Both the position numbers and the translations under genes were made by a program. DNA of 38,244 nucleotides from Candidatus Nanohalobium sp. GTDB lineage: Archaea > Nanohalarchaeota > Nanosalinia > Nanosalinales > Nanosalinaceae. Within the stretch, counting starts at the first letter, position 1. Each line of letters begins with the position of its first letter. The DNA lies in the NCBI GenBank assembly GCA_042217545.1, contig JBDGSM010000032.1, forward strand, positions 1 through 38,244, read 5' to 3'. This document shows, in pieces, positions 1-9,456 of this stretch. The notes beneath the pieces were generated by a model that ran no database searches, had not been told where the DNA came from, and worked only from the letters and a program-made list of their open reading frames with translations.

Positions 1-270
1 GCGGCGATCGCCGGAGGCGTTCTAGTCTACCTGGCGTCAGAGAAAATGGGAGGAAGAATCGGCTCCCGCTTCAAAATCATGACCGCGGCGACCTCATTCC
101 TTCTGCTTTACGGAATCCTGACCAGTGTTCAGTCTGCTGGACTGACCTTATTCAGTTACAGAGACAGTGCATGGAGCGTGGTACACATATTCGTCCATCT
201 CTGTTTCTCGACAGCAGCACTGGTAGGCCTTGCAAGCATCAGGCAAGTCGCAGGAGGTGAGATAGAATGA
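1..270 (+). CDS. Small multi-pass membrane protein, 5' end outside the window
   Basis: Frame 1 is open from base 1 (AAIAGGVLVYLASEKMGG...) to TGA 268-270, with several hydrophobic segments. Confidence 0.6.
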   Translation, partial: AAIAGGVLVYLASEKMGGRIGSRFKIMTAATSFLLLYGILTSVQSAGLTLFSYRDSAWSVVHIFVHLCFSTAALVGLASIRQVAGGEIE

Positions 271-573
271 CTCTTCCGCTGGGACTTTCACAGGTAATGA
301 CAGGCCTGCTGGGCCTTTTCCCTGTTGATAGGTATCGCGGCAGTAGTTATGGCTCTCCTGAACTGGAGAAACTTCCGGGGTTCCACCTACGGTAACTCCT
401 TCCTCGTCTTCGCGATAGGATGGGCTATCGTAGAACTCCACACAGCGAGAGAGCTGATCTTCTACATGTCAGGCGGTCGCGACTTCCCTGCACTGATGGC
501 AGCCTCACTTGCAACAACAGGAGTGGTCGTCATCTCGATCTCCTACTACCTGATCTACAGGGACGCCAAGTAG
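267..573 (+). pseudogene. Small membrane protein with an apparent +1 frameshift near 316-322 (or a sequencing error)
   Basis: SD GGAGGTGA at 253-260 precedes ATG 267, which overlaps the upstream stop (ATGA). It reads MTLPLGLSQVMTGLLGLF, and the hydrophobic frame continues only after removing one base in TTTTCCC (LLIGIAAVVMALLNW..., stop at 573). Confidence 0.55.
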
Positions 574-608
574 GATTTAACTCTCTCCCTTCCTTTTTTC
601 TTTATACA

Positions 609-1658
609 TTGACCCGAAAAATCCTGATAACTGGCTGGAATCACCCCCCGGAGATCGACGGAGGCCTTGACATACACGTCTACCACCTTTTCGAGGAACT
701 CAGGAAAAAACAAGGCCTGGAAGTCAGGTTAGCCTTACCCGAGGAGAACGCTCCGGACAGAGAAGGAATAATCCCGGTCTCAGCAGGCGAAGGTGACATG
801 AAATGGAAGACCCGGCAGATGAGCGCAGAGATCGCCGAAAAAGCAGAAAATTTCGATATAATACATACTCACGACTGGTTCGGAGCGGAAGCAGGCTACA
901 AGGGCTCGAAGTACGGGGAAGCAGTCTGGATCTGTACGATGCATTCCCTGATCTCCTCCAGGACCCGTGGAACATCTGAAGACATCGAAAGGATGGAGAA
1001 AGTCGCCGCGGAAGAACCAGACCAGCTCATCACGGTAAGCGAAGCCCTGAAAGAGGAGGTGGGGGAAAAGTTCGATGCAGAGGCCTCTGTCATCCACAAC
1101 GGTTTCTCAAAGCCCTCGAGCAGAGGCCTAGACGTCAAAGAAGAACTTGGAATAGAGGGGGATATGATCTTCTTTGTCGGAAGGCATGCAGAGCAGAAAG
1201 GGATCGAACATCTTCTCTACGGTTTCAAGAAGTTCCTGGAAAACGGCAACGAGGCCTCTCTTGTCATCGGAGGTGATGGACACATGAGGGAGGCGCTGGA
1301 GAACTTTGCTGAGATCCTGGGCATCGAGGAAAAAGTTTACTTCACAGGTTTCATCCCCTCAGAGGAATTAGGAGATTACTACCGGGAGGCGGAGGCCTTC
1401 GTCTCGCCGTCCATCAGCGAACCGTTCGGTCTGACGATCACGGAGGCTCTTGAGTCTGGCACTAAGGTCTTGGCGACGGAGAGCGGTGTGAACGAGCTGG
1501 TTTCTACGGAAGCGGTGAAGGAGATAAGACCTGAGTCAGATTCAATCGCGGAAGGCCTTGAAGAAGCGCTGGAGAGCTGTGAAGAGGTTGAGTACGAGTC
1601 CCGTAGCTGGGAGGAGATGGCTGAGGAAGTTTTACAGGTCTACAGAAGTTTTAACTGA
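609..1658 (+). CDS. GT4 family glycosyltransferase (glycogen synthase-like, GT-B fold)
   Basis: Motifs GWNHPP..GGL, HTHDW, FVGR..QKG and EPFGL..EA. The likely start is TTG 609; the ORF-track extension from 420 overlaps the upstream gene. Confidence 0.9.
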   Translation: MTRKILITGWNHPPEIDGGLDIHVYHLFEELRKKQGLEVRLALPEENAPDREGIIPVSAGEGDMKWKTRQMSAEIAEKAENFDIIHTHDWFGAEAGYKGSKYGEAVWICTMHSLISSRTRGTSEDIERMEKVAAEEPDQLITVSEALKEEVGEKFDAEASVIHNGFSKPSSRGLDVKEELGIEGDMIFFVGRHAEQKGIEHLLYGFKKFLENGNEASLVIGGDGHMREALENFAEILGIEEKVYFTGFIPSEELGDYYREAEAFVSPSISEPFGLTITEALESGTKVLATESGVNELVSTEAVKEIRPESDSIAEGLEEALESCEEVEYESRSWEEMAEEVLQVYRSFN

Positions 1659-1881
1659 TGATCTCTACGTTTTTAGGCCTTTCGCTGTGTAGTACTGCGT
1701 ATCCGTTCTCTGTATCGGTTAGGAAGGTTGGATCTTCGTGGTAGTAGGCGGTGTCGCTGCCTCCTTCTCCCGGGAGGTAGATGCGTTCTCCTTCCTCTGA
1801 TTGGACGGCTACTGCGATTTCTTCGCTGGTTTCTACCTGGATGAGGTAGCCGTTGCTTTTTTCAGTGATTTTGGTTTCCAC
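1651..1881 (-). CDS. Small conserved hypothetical protein (GERIYLP motif)
   Basis: Acidic 76 aa ORF from GTG 1881 (METKITEK...AVAVQSEEGERIYLPGE). From memory it resembles small proteins found beside haloarchaeal glucan genes; not verified. Confidence 0.65.
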   Translation of the reverse strand: METKITEKSNGYLIQVETSEEIAVAVQSEEGERIYLPGEGGSDTAYYHEDPTFLTDTENGYAVLHSERPKNVEIIS

Positions 1882-1989
1882 AGTTGTAGTTGTTTCACAG
1901 GAGATTTTTAATCTTGGTTCGAGACCTGTGTTTTTCTCCTCTGCGTGGCAACACGCCGTGTTATAAATCAGGCCTCGAATTACGTGTTT

Positions 1990-3207
1990 ATGCTTCCGGT
2001 GACCCTGAGCTTTGAGGTTCATCAGCCTCACCGTCTGCGTATTGACGGGGTTAATGAGGACGCCAGCAGTCTCTACGACAGGTACTTCGACGATGAGATG
2101 AACGAGCATTTCTTCAAGGATGTGGCGGAGAACTGTTACTTCCCGGCGACGGAGAGACTGCTGAGGAATGCGAAGAAGTTTGAAGGGAAAGACAGGGAGT
2201 TCAAGGTCAATTTTTCGATTTCAAGTTCCTGGGTGGATCAGGCGAAAAAGTATCATCCGGAGCTTATAGACATGATAAACAACTTCCCGGACGGAACAGT
2301 GGACTTCATCGGACAGGCCCATTACCATTCTCTAGCAGGCCTTTTCCACGATAAGAAGGAGTTTCGCTGGCAACTGGGAAAACACAGGGATATAATCGAG
2401 GAGGAGTTCGGTAAAAGGCCTCAGGTCATGACCAACACAGAATTAATTTACCACAACGAGATCGGGAAGGTCGCTGCGGAGGAAGGATTCGATGGGATCT
2501 TCACTGAGGGCGTTCCACGTATCCTGGGCTGGCGAAGCCCGAACCATGCGTATACTCAGCCGGATTTCGTGACTGAAAACGGTACCAACATCCTGTTGAG
2601 GAACAGGCAGCTGACCGACGACGTGGGATACCGTTTCTCCGCGGAGTGGTGGGACGAGTACCCGCTTACAGCGGAGAAGTACGCGCTCTGGCTTTCACAC
2701 GCTTCCGGCGATATGCTGAACCTTTTCATGGACTACGAGACGTTCGGAGAGCATCACTGGGAGGGCACCGGCATCCTATGGTTCCTGGAGGATCTTCCTC
2801 AACAGGTACTGAAGCATGACCATCTGAAGTTCGCAACAGTCAGAGAAGTCGCCCAGAACAACGATCCGGTAGGGAAGTTCGACGCCTTCGAGTACAACAC
2901 CGTCTCCTGGGCGGATCAGGAGATGGACGCAAGTGCCTGGCTCGGCAACCCTATGCAGAGGATGCTTTTCGACAAGCTGCAGGAGATCGAGGCAAAAGTG
3001 AAGGAGATGGATGACCCGGAAGTCAAGGAGGTCTGGAGGAAGATGCTGACCTCGGACCACCTCCACCATATCGCGACCAAGACACTGGACGACGGAAGCG
3101 TACACAACTACTTCTCGTACTTCGACCATCCGCACCAGGGATTCGCCGTCATAACAGAACACCTCATGGATTTCCAGCAACAGGTAGAGAAGAGATACAG
3201 GAGCTAG
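1990..3207 (+). CDS. GH57 family alpha-amylase/glucan-active enzyme
   Basis: FEVHQP N-terminal motif, NTELIY nucleophile region, MDYETFGEH acid/base region, SWAD and TSDH motifs; likely start ATG 1990. Confidence 0.92.
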   Translation: MLPVTLSFEVHQPHRLRIDGVNEDASSLYDRYFDDEMNEHFFKDVAENCYFPATERLLRNAKKFEGKDREFKVNFSISSSWVDQAKKYHPELIDMINNFPDGTVDFIGQAHYHSLAGLFHDKKEFRWQLGKHRDIIEEEFGKRPQVMTNTELIYHNEIGKVAAEEGFDGIFTEGVPRILGWRSPNHAYTQPDFVTENGTNILLRNRQLTDDVGYRFSAEWWDEYPLTAEKYALWLSHASGDMLNLFMDYETFGEHHWEGTGILWFLEDLPQQVLKHDHLKFATVREVAQNNDPVGKFDAFEYNTVSWADQEMDASAWLGNPMQRMLFDKLQEIEAKVKEMDDPEVKEVWRKMLTSDHLHHIATKTLDDGSVHNYFSYFDHPHQGFAVITEHLMDFQQQVEKRYRS

Positions 3208-3213
3208 AGGCCT

Positions 3214-4356
3214 CTACCTTCTCCTCTCGACTATCCTCGCATTTATCGCCAGCAGCAGCACCGAGGCCGCAGCGGCGTAGAACGTGTACCTGAAACCTGC
3301 CGCTCTCTCACCCGTTCTGAGGAAGTACAGCAGCAGGCCTACGACCGAGATCTTTCCGAACCCCTGGAAGACTTCTCTGACAGAGAAGAACCCGAGCACG
3401 TTTCTCTGCTCGGCGATATCAGCGATTATGGATACAAGAGGGACTGTATACACTGTGTATGTGAGGCCTGCGACGAAAGAAAGCAGGAAAGCGATAGATC
3501 GGATCTCAAGGCCTGGTACGAAGAGGTAGACCGCTGCGGAGGCTACTGCTCCGGCCAGAACCATGTCCCTGTGCTCGAGCCGGTCGCTGATCTTCCCGGC
3601 GGCTATGGAGAAGAGGCCTGCTCCTATCGCCATCAATGTCTTGGCTCCTCCGACATTCAATGTCCCTCCGATGATGTAGTAGATGAAGAGCGGGAATATG
3701 AAGACGTATGCGGTGGTGGCGAAGCCGTCGAGGAAGTAGAGAGTCCAGAGATCTTTCTCTCCTGTTCCGAGGAGGCCTTCAAGTTCGAACTCAGGTTTCT
3801 CTGCGGTACCGCGGTAGAGGAGTGGAAGCACCGATGCGATCGCTACCACGAGCGCAAGGGTTGCCAGCAGGTTGAAGCCGAGATATGTCATGACAGCGGC
3901 CCCGATCAGAGGTGCGAACGGGCTTACCAGTTTCGGCACGCCCTCCAGCTTCCCGTAGCTCTCTCCTCTATCCTGTTCATCGCTGCCGACCGTGAACTCT
4001 GTGTTCACAGGTATCCAGTGGAAGGCCTTCGCCAGACCTATCAGAACCGCGACTGTCCAGATCAGAGGATATACAACCTTGAAAACCTGGAGCATCACGA
4101 AGACCACGACGTACAGCAGAGATGAGGCCAGTAGACTGCTCTCCAATCCTATCCTTGAGACAAGCCAGCCTGCAGGAACCGCGACCACCGTGAATGCAGC
4201 CACGTCAACAAGGAGGAAAGTGAACACCGCTGAAACAGGAAAGCCCTGCTGGGCGATGAAGACCGGGATGAATATAGATACCAGGCCGAGAGCGAACCCG
4301 TGGAGCGTCTTGTACGCGGTAAGCCTGTTGATCCTGCTTTCGAAGGCCTCTATCAT
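3214..4356 (-). CDS. MFS transporter
   Basis: 380 aa with about 12 hydrophobic segments; motif-A-like GKISDRL and GWLVSRIG. Confidence 0.85.
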   Translation of the reverse strand: MIEAFESRINRLTAYKTLHGFALGLVSIFIPVFIAQQGFPVSAVFTFLLVDVAAFTVVAVPAGWLVSRIGLESSLLASSLLYVVVFVMLQVFKVVYPLIWTVAVLIGLAKAFHWIPVNTEFTVGSDEQDRGESYGKLEGVPKLVSPFAPLIGAAVMTYLGFNLLATLALVVAIASVLPLLYRGTAEKPEFELEGLLGTGEKDLWTLYFLDGFATTAYVFIFPLFIYYIIGGTLNVGGAKTLMAIGAGLFSIAAGKISDRLEHRDMVLAGAVASAAVYLFVPGLEIRSIAFLLSFVAGLTYTVYTVPLVSIIADIAEQRNVLGFFSVREVFQGFGKISVVGLLLYFLRTGERAAGFRYTFYAAAASVLLLAINARIVERRR

Positions 4357-4408
4357 ATCGTTTACTGCGGACAGCCAGAGTAAAAAAGCAGACGGGAGAT
4401 AAGTTTAC

Positions 4409-5350
4409 GTGGACCCTGAAAAAGTGGAGAGCTTCCTCGATAAGAACCGGGACGTTCTCGGCAGAGACTTCGAACTGGAGGAAAGAAAGACAGGAGAATC
4501 CAATCACAACTTCATCATCGAGGCAGAGGAAGAGAGATACGTTCTCAGAGTTTCCAGACAGGTCTCGAGGAGAAGCAGGTTGAGGGAAGAGGCGGAAGCA
4601 CTCGACTTCCTGGAGGAGCAGGAAGTAGAGCATGTTCCAAGGCTTGAATGGTTCGGCGAGACAGAGATCGGAGCAGTTCTGATAGAGACTTTTGTAGGAG
4701 AAGAAAATATCCAAAAAGGAGATTTTGATGAGGAAGAACTTAGAAGATCTGCCGAACTCCTGGCAGATATACACAAGATCTCCACAGAAGAATACAACGA
4801 CTTCTTCGGAACGCAGAAAGAACAGAAAGCCTCTCTACGTAAGATATACGCCAGAGAGTACAGAAAGTGGTCTGAAAGGCCCTACAACGAGTACCTGGAT
4901 GCAGCGGAAGAACCTGATGAAAGGTTAAAGGAGGCCTACCGGAGGCAGGAAAAGCTTTTCAAGACTGTTCCAGACATTGAAGTTCCGCAGAGACCTGTTC
5001 ACGGCGATCTCGGCTTCAACGTCCGGAAAAGCGGAGAGAAGGTATTCTTCGTGGACTGGGAGTACTTCACCACAGGTTTCCCCGGACACGACGTCGTCTA
5101 CTTCTTCGAACACGAAGGCCTGGATGAAGAAGAGCGCGAAGTTTTCCTTGAGGAGTACCGCAGGCACCGGGAACTGGACAAGGCCTTTGAGGAGAACCGT
5201 GAACGGTACAGGAAGTTCCTGGCGTTTAACGATATGATCTGGGCAGCTAAAAGGCTTGAAACAGGCGAGGGCGACCAGGAGAAGATGCAGGAGATATTTG
5301 ATGAGAAGATGGAGTTGCTGGAGAAACTTCATGAAGGCCTTTCAGGATAA
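4409..5350 (+). CDS. APH/choline-kinase family phosphotransferase
   Basis: GESNHNF loop, YVLR, Brenner-like HGDLGFN and FVDWE motifs. Confidence 0.85.
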   Translation: MDPEKVESFLDKNRDVLGRDFELEERKTGESNHNFIIEAEEERYVLRVSRQVSRRSRLREEAEALDFLEEQEVEHVPRLEWFGETEIGAVLIETFVGEENIQKGDFDEEELRRSAELLADIHKISTEEYNDFFGTQKEQKASLRKIYAREYRKWSERPYNEYLDAAEEPDERLKEAYRRQEKLFKTVPDIEVPQRPVHGDLGFNVRKSGEKVFFVDWEYFTTGFPGHDVVYFFEHEGLDEEEREVFLEEYRRHRELDKAFEENRERYRKFLAFNDMIWAAKRLETGEGDQEKMQEIFDEKMELLEKLHEGLSG

Positions 5351-5375
5351 AAACGGGGATGACCAATTTTCTGTT

Positions 5376-6080
5376 ATGAGTGAGAAAAACTTTGTCGAGG
5401 TCGAGAACGGCGAGAAAGTCGCTGCAGTACATCACAAAACGGATTCGGATAGATGGATATTTTTCTGTCATGGCTATGGAAGCGGCAAGGAAGGAAGTTA
5501 CGAGGAACGGGCGAAGAGGGCTGTAAGAGAAGGTTTCAATGCGGTCAGGTTTGACTTCAGAGGTAACGGAGAGTCTGATGGAGATTTCATCGATCAGAGC
5601 TTGAGCTCCCGTATAAATGATTTAAAGGCCTGTATCGACTTTTTTGAGCCAGAGAGAATCTTTCTCTTCGGTATGAGTTTCGGAGGTAAAGTTGCGTCCC
5701 ATACAGCGAACCAACTGGATGTCGAGGCCTTGATCCTGAAGTCTCCGGTTACCTACAACTCTATAATGGATAAGTTTCGGCAGGTTGTGGAGGAGAAAGG
5801 AAGTTATACTCACTTCGCGGACAAGACGATCGATGAGCGATTTTTCGAGGATCTAGATACGTACAGCTTTGATGACGTCGCTACGGGTCTTGATGCTCCG
5901 GTCGCGATCTTTCACGGAGGCAGCGATACGACCGTCCATTTCGAGAACTCTGCTGAGGCAGTTAAGGCCTTTGAGACCGATGTCCTGCTTTACAGGTTGG
6001 AAGGCGAGAAGCATTCGATGAGCGATGAGGGAGAAGAGAAGATGAGGGATATGATGTTTGCCTGGCTTGACCAGATCTAG
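5376..6080 (+). CDS. Alpha/beta hydrolase
   Basis: CHGYG, RFDFRGNGES, nucleophile GMSFGG, HGGSD and terminal His (EKH); start ATG 5376. Confidence 0.88.
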   Translation: MSEKNFVEVENGEKVAAVHHKTDSDRWIFFCHGYGSGKEGSYEERAKRAVREGFNAVRFDFRGNGESDGDFIDQSLSSRINDLKACIDFFEPERIFLFGMSFGGKVASHTANQLDVEALILKSPVTYNSIMDKFRQVVEEKGSYTHFADKTIDERFFEDLDTYSFDDVATGLDAPVAIFHGGSDTTVHFENSAEAVKAFETDVLLYRLEGEKHSMSDEGEEKMRDMMFAWLDQI

Positions 6081-6454
6081 ACTGGGACTGCGCCCTGGTT
6101 CCTGTCGTCGTCGAGTAGGCCCAGGCTGATGTCGCCGTACTCGTCCTGGAACTCTCCGACTTTCTCTCTGGCACCGTCGTAGATATCCTCTGCTTTATCC
6201 TTGACCGGTGTGTAGTCTGGGTTCTCTGCTTTCTCCGCGGCGTACTCTCCGACAGTCATCCCTCCGTAGGCTGCGGCCGTGCCAGCTGCTACCTCTGGAC
6301 CAGCTACACCTGCGGCCATTCCCAGGGCTGCGTCGAAACCGTATTTCTCGGTCAGCTCCCTGATACGGCCTTTGTCCTGGTCTCCTTCCAGAGTTTGGTT
6401 TGCGTCGTCCATTCCAAACCCGCCGTCAAGAACACCCAGCATTGTTTTTGTCAC
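6077..6454 (-). CDS. Hypothetical acidic protein with a Gly/Ala-rich hydrophobic core
   Basis: 125 aa ORF with acidic composition like its neighbours; TTTAAA-type box about 30 bp upstream. Confidence 0.6.
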   Translation of the reverse strand: MTKTMLGVLDGGFGMDDANQTLEGDQDKGRIRELTEKYGFDAALGMAAGVAGPEVAAGTAAAYGGMTVGEYAAEKAENPDYTPVKDKAEDIYDGAREKVGEFQDEYGDISLGLLDDDRNQGAVPV

Positions 6455-6528
6455 CCTGTAATAACAACATTATCATTGCAGGTATTTAAACTTTTCGCTG
6501 TATCAGGTCGTGAGTTGAAGAGAATTTT

Positions 6529-7680
6529 TCAGGCCTTGTCTTCCAGGGCCTGATTGTAGATGCCTGTAGTCCATGCGCTTATCTGTTCCCAGCGGAAGTT
6601 GTCTTCCACGCGGTCTCGGGCGTTGTCTCCCATCCAGTCCGACCATCTTGGGTCTTCAAGGCCTCTCGTGACCTGGTCCGTGATAGATCCTGGATCTGCC
6701 GGGTATGTGTGGAGGCCTGTGTATTCATGTACGATTGTGTCTTTCATTCCTCCTGTGTAGCTGCCTACCGTCATTGTTTCCGATGCAGCTGCTTCCAGGG
6801 GTACGATTCCGAATGGTTCGTAGACGCTGGGTGCGACCGTCATTGTGGCTTCTTTCATCAGTGATTTGAGTTCGTTGTCGCTGACGTAGCCAGGGAAATG
6901 TACTTTGTCGCCGACCTTGTTTTTGGCTATGGATTTGTAGTGTTCTGTAGCTCCGCTGCCGCACATGACGAACTTTGCTTCCGGTTGCTGGTCCAGGATA
7001 TGTGGCATGGCCTCTATAAGGTGTCCTGGGCCTTTCTGTGGGTACATTCTGCCGACGAAGAGTACGATGTTCTCCCAGTCCAGTGCGTATTTGTCCCTCT
7101 GAAGATCTTTGCTGTGGCTGTCAAATCTTTCCAGATCGACGCCGTTAGGTATGTAGTTTATCTTTTCCTCCGGGACTTCGTAGGTATGTTTTACTTCCTC
7201 CGAGAACTCTCTGCCAACGGTGATGACTTCTTCCGCTTCATATGTTCCGTACCATTCGAGGTCATGAATCGTTTTCTGGTACTCGGAGTCTATCCCATCT
7301 CTTCCCTGCTGCGTTGAGTGGACCGTAAAGACCATCGGGAGGTCCAGAGTCTTTTTGATCCCTGTCGCGCCGGGAACGGCCATCCAGTCATGTGCATGTA
7401 CGAGATCGAACTTGTTCTGCTTGTGGAGTTCTATTGCTTTTTTCTCCATCTCGTGGCCGAGATGCATGGCCCAGGAAAGAGTGTTCGCCGCTGAATTGGA
7501 CGCCGGAACACGGTGGATCTGTACTCCATCACGTACTTCAGAGCTACGCTCCTCTCCATACGTTATTACGACAGGTTCGTGTCCCTGTGAGGCCATAGTC
7601 GTAGCTAGGTCTTCGCAGTGCGCCGCTATACCTCCCGCCTTGTAAGGCGGGTACTCCCACGTTATGAAAAGAGGCCTCAT
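6529..7680 (-). CDS. GT4 family glycosyltransferase (glycogen synthase-like)
   Basis: WEYPP..GG, HAHDW, IPNGVD, FVGR..QKG and YEPFGIVPLEA motifs. Confidence 0.92.
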   Translation of the reverse strand: MRPLFITWEYPPYKAGGIAAHCEDLATTMASQGHEPVVITYGEERSSEVRDGVQIHRVPASNSAANTLSWAMHLGHEMEKKAIELHKQNKFDLVHAHDWMAVPGATGIKKTLDLPMVFTVHSTQQGRDGIDSEYQKTIHDLEWYGTYEAEEVITVGREFSEEVKHTYEVPEEKINYIPNGVDLERFDSHSKDLQRDKYALDWENIVLFVGRMYPQKGPGHLIEAMPHILDQQPEAKFVMCGSGATEHYKSIAKNKVGDKVHFPGYVSDNELKSLMKEATMTVAPSVYEPFGIVPLEAAASETMTVGSYTGGMKDTIVHEYTGLHTYPADPGSITDQVTRGLEDPRWSDWMGDNARDRVEDNFRWEQISAWTTGIYNQALEDKA

Positions 7681-7692
7681 CTTTAGAATTGA

Positions 7693-8295
7693 TCACGTCT
7701 CAACTTTTTTCTCTTGTTTAACAAGTTCTGCGTATTTCTTTAAAACTCTTTCAGGCCATCGATCGCTGTAAGGGTCGATCACGTCGACTTTCTCCCCCGG
7801 AGCATCAAGGTCGAAAAGCACAGAGTTCTTTGTATCCTCTTTTGTAGTAAGTATCTGATCTGCCTCGTAAGCTCCCTGCCACTCAAGCTCGGAGATCATC
7901 TCCGCATGCTCTCCTTCAAAGCCGCGCTCGTTCTCAGTGGAGTGCAGAGTAAGCACAAGAGGCCTTTCCAGGTTTTTCGACAGCGCTACACCGCCAGGAA
8001 CCGTAGTCCAGTCGTTAGCATGGATAACATCCACTTCACCGCCGACATTCTGCATCACCTGTTCCTTCAACTCGTTGTTCATCATCATCGACCAGTTGTA
8101 GATGTTGTCACCGTCAAAATTCAATGGAGCTCTGAGAACATCTACCCCTTCATCAATACTGTAGTAAGAACCATCATCGAACGAAACAATAGTTACATCA
8201 TGCCCGCTGTACGTGAGATGCTCTGCAATGCTCTTGATATATTCCGATATTGCCTCGCCGTCACTGAACTGCTTCGAAAGCAAAACAACGTTCAT
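7693..8295 (-). CDS. GT4 N-terminal-domain-only protein, paralogue of the adjacent GT4
   Basis: HANDWTTVPG...LTLHST...ISELEWQG aligns by eye to 6529..7680; no C-terminal VGR/EPFG domain. Confidence 0.8.
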   Translation of the reverse strand: MNVVLLSKQFSDGEAISEYIKSIAEHLTYSGHDVTIVSFDDGSYYSIDEGVDVLRAPLNFDGDNIYNWSMMMNNELKEQVMQNVGGEVDVIHANDWTTVPGGVALSKNLERPLVLTLHSTENERGFEGEHAEMISELEWQGAYEADQILTTKEDTKNSVLFDLDAPGEKVDVIDPYSDRWPERVLKKYAELVKQEKKVET

Positions 8296-9456
8296 CTACT
8301 TGAACCTCTCCTCGAAACCAATCTCCTTGCTTTTCTCGACATCAGGCTGGTTGAAGGGATTCACACCACGGAACCAGGCAGAGTAAACTGCCAGGTACTG
8401 GAGAAACGCCACTAACTCGCCAGCAGCACTGTACGAAAGCTCCTGCAGCGTTAAAGTAACGTTAGGCCTTTCTTCATCATCTACCGCATGCTTCACTCCA
8501 ACGTACTCGGATTTCAGGGCCTCAGAGTACGAGTTCTGCTCAAGGCCTTCAAGTTTTTCCCCCCGTATATCTATATCCTTTAGAGGGTCAGGAACCTCTA
8601 TCTCTGCGTGTTCATGGGTTTCCGTCCTGAAGAACATCGGAATTATGTTTTTCTCTCCGCCGAACATTCTCTGGTTGGTATGGTGCTGGTACTCAGGCCC
8701 TAGATCGCCGTAGACCGTCATGCCCTCGCCTTCTTTACAGACTGTCTCATGCATCAGCTGTACGAACAGTGGGTAGAATCCAAACAAGCGAGTGGAGTAG
8801 AAAGGCGCCAATATATCCGTGTAGCCGTCTTTCTCTGCCTCGTAGAGTTCAAGTGCCAGTTCCTTCGCGGCATTATCCTTTCCAGGCCTCAGCTTTTCAT
8901 ACATCTCCTCAGCACCTCTGCGGATCTCGTCTATATCCATGCCTGCGAGAGCAGCGGGTACAAGACCTGTCTCTGTAGATCCGGAGAATCTTCCTCCGAC
9001 ATTGGGATGTTCCACCCATTCAAGGCCTTCTTTTTCAACTATATTTCTCAGAGCGCCATCATTATCGGAAGTAACTGCAAGAACCGGGTAATCCCTATTC
9101 ATAAAGAAGAGCAGAGATTCTATGACTCCTACTGTCTCTCCCGACTTGCTTATAGGTACTACGAGAGTCTTCTCCTCGTCTAGCTCTCTTGAAAGCCTGT
9201 TAAGATAGTCTGGATCCATTGTAGTTACCAGACGCACGTCTTTATCGACTTCTGGCAGGAAAGCGTATAGATATGCCCTGAAACTGGTGATGGATCCTCC
9301 GTTACCGATCACGACCAGGTTCTCGTATTCCCTGTCCGAGGCCTTCTCCTTTATCTCGTCTATATCAGGTTTGTACTGTGCAAAGTTCGGGGTTTCCTTG
9401 TCCGAGATCTCCCCGTCGGAGATCTCTGTGTTGCTTGTTTCCACTTTGAAGCTCAT
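8296..9456 (-). CDS. pgi: Glucose-6-phosphate isomerase (PGI superfamily)
   Basis: IGNGGS, ISKSGET, VGGRFS, QLMHET.CK, QHH and NPFNQPDVEKSK motifs. Confidence 0.88.
   Translation of the reverse strand: MSFKVETSNTEISDGEISDKETPNFAQYKPDIDEIKEKASDREYENLVVIGNGGSITSFRAYLYAFLPEVDKDVRLVTTMDPDYLNRLSRELDEEKTLVVPISKSGETVGVIESLLFFMNRDYPVLAVTSDNDGALRNIVEKEGLEWVEHPNVGGRFSGSTETGLVPAALAGMDIDEIRRGAEEMYEKLRPGKDNAAKELALELYEAEKDGYTDILAPFYSTRLFGFYPLFVQLMHETVCKEGEGMTVYGDLGPEYQHHTNQRMFGGEKNIIPMFFRTETHEHAEIEVPDPLKDIDIRGEKLEGLEQNSYSEALKSEYVGVKHAVDDEERPNVTLTLQELSYSAAGELVAFLQYLAVYSAWFRGVNPFNQPDVEKSKEIGFEERFK

Noticed and set aside
420..608. N-terminal extension of the first GT4 ORF
   Set aside because: It overlaps the upstream membrane gene and a T-rich spacer; GT4 similarity starts at about 609.
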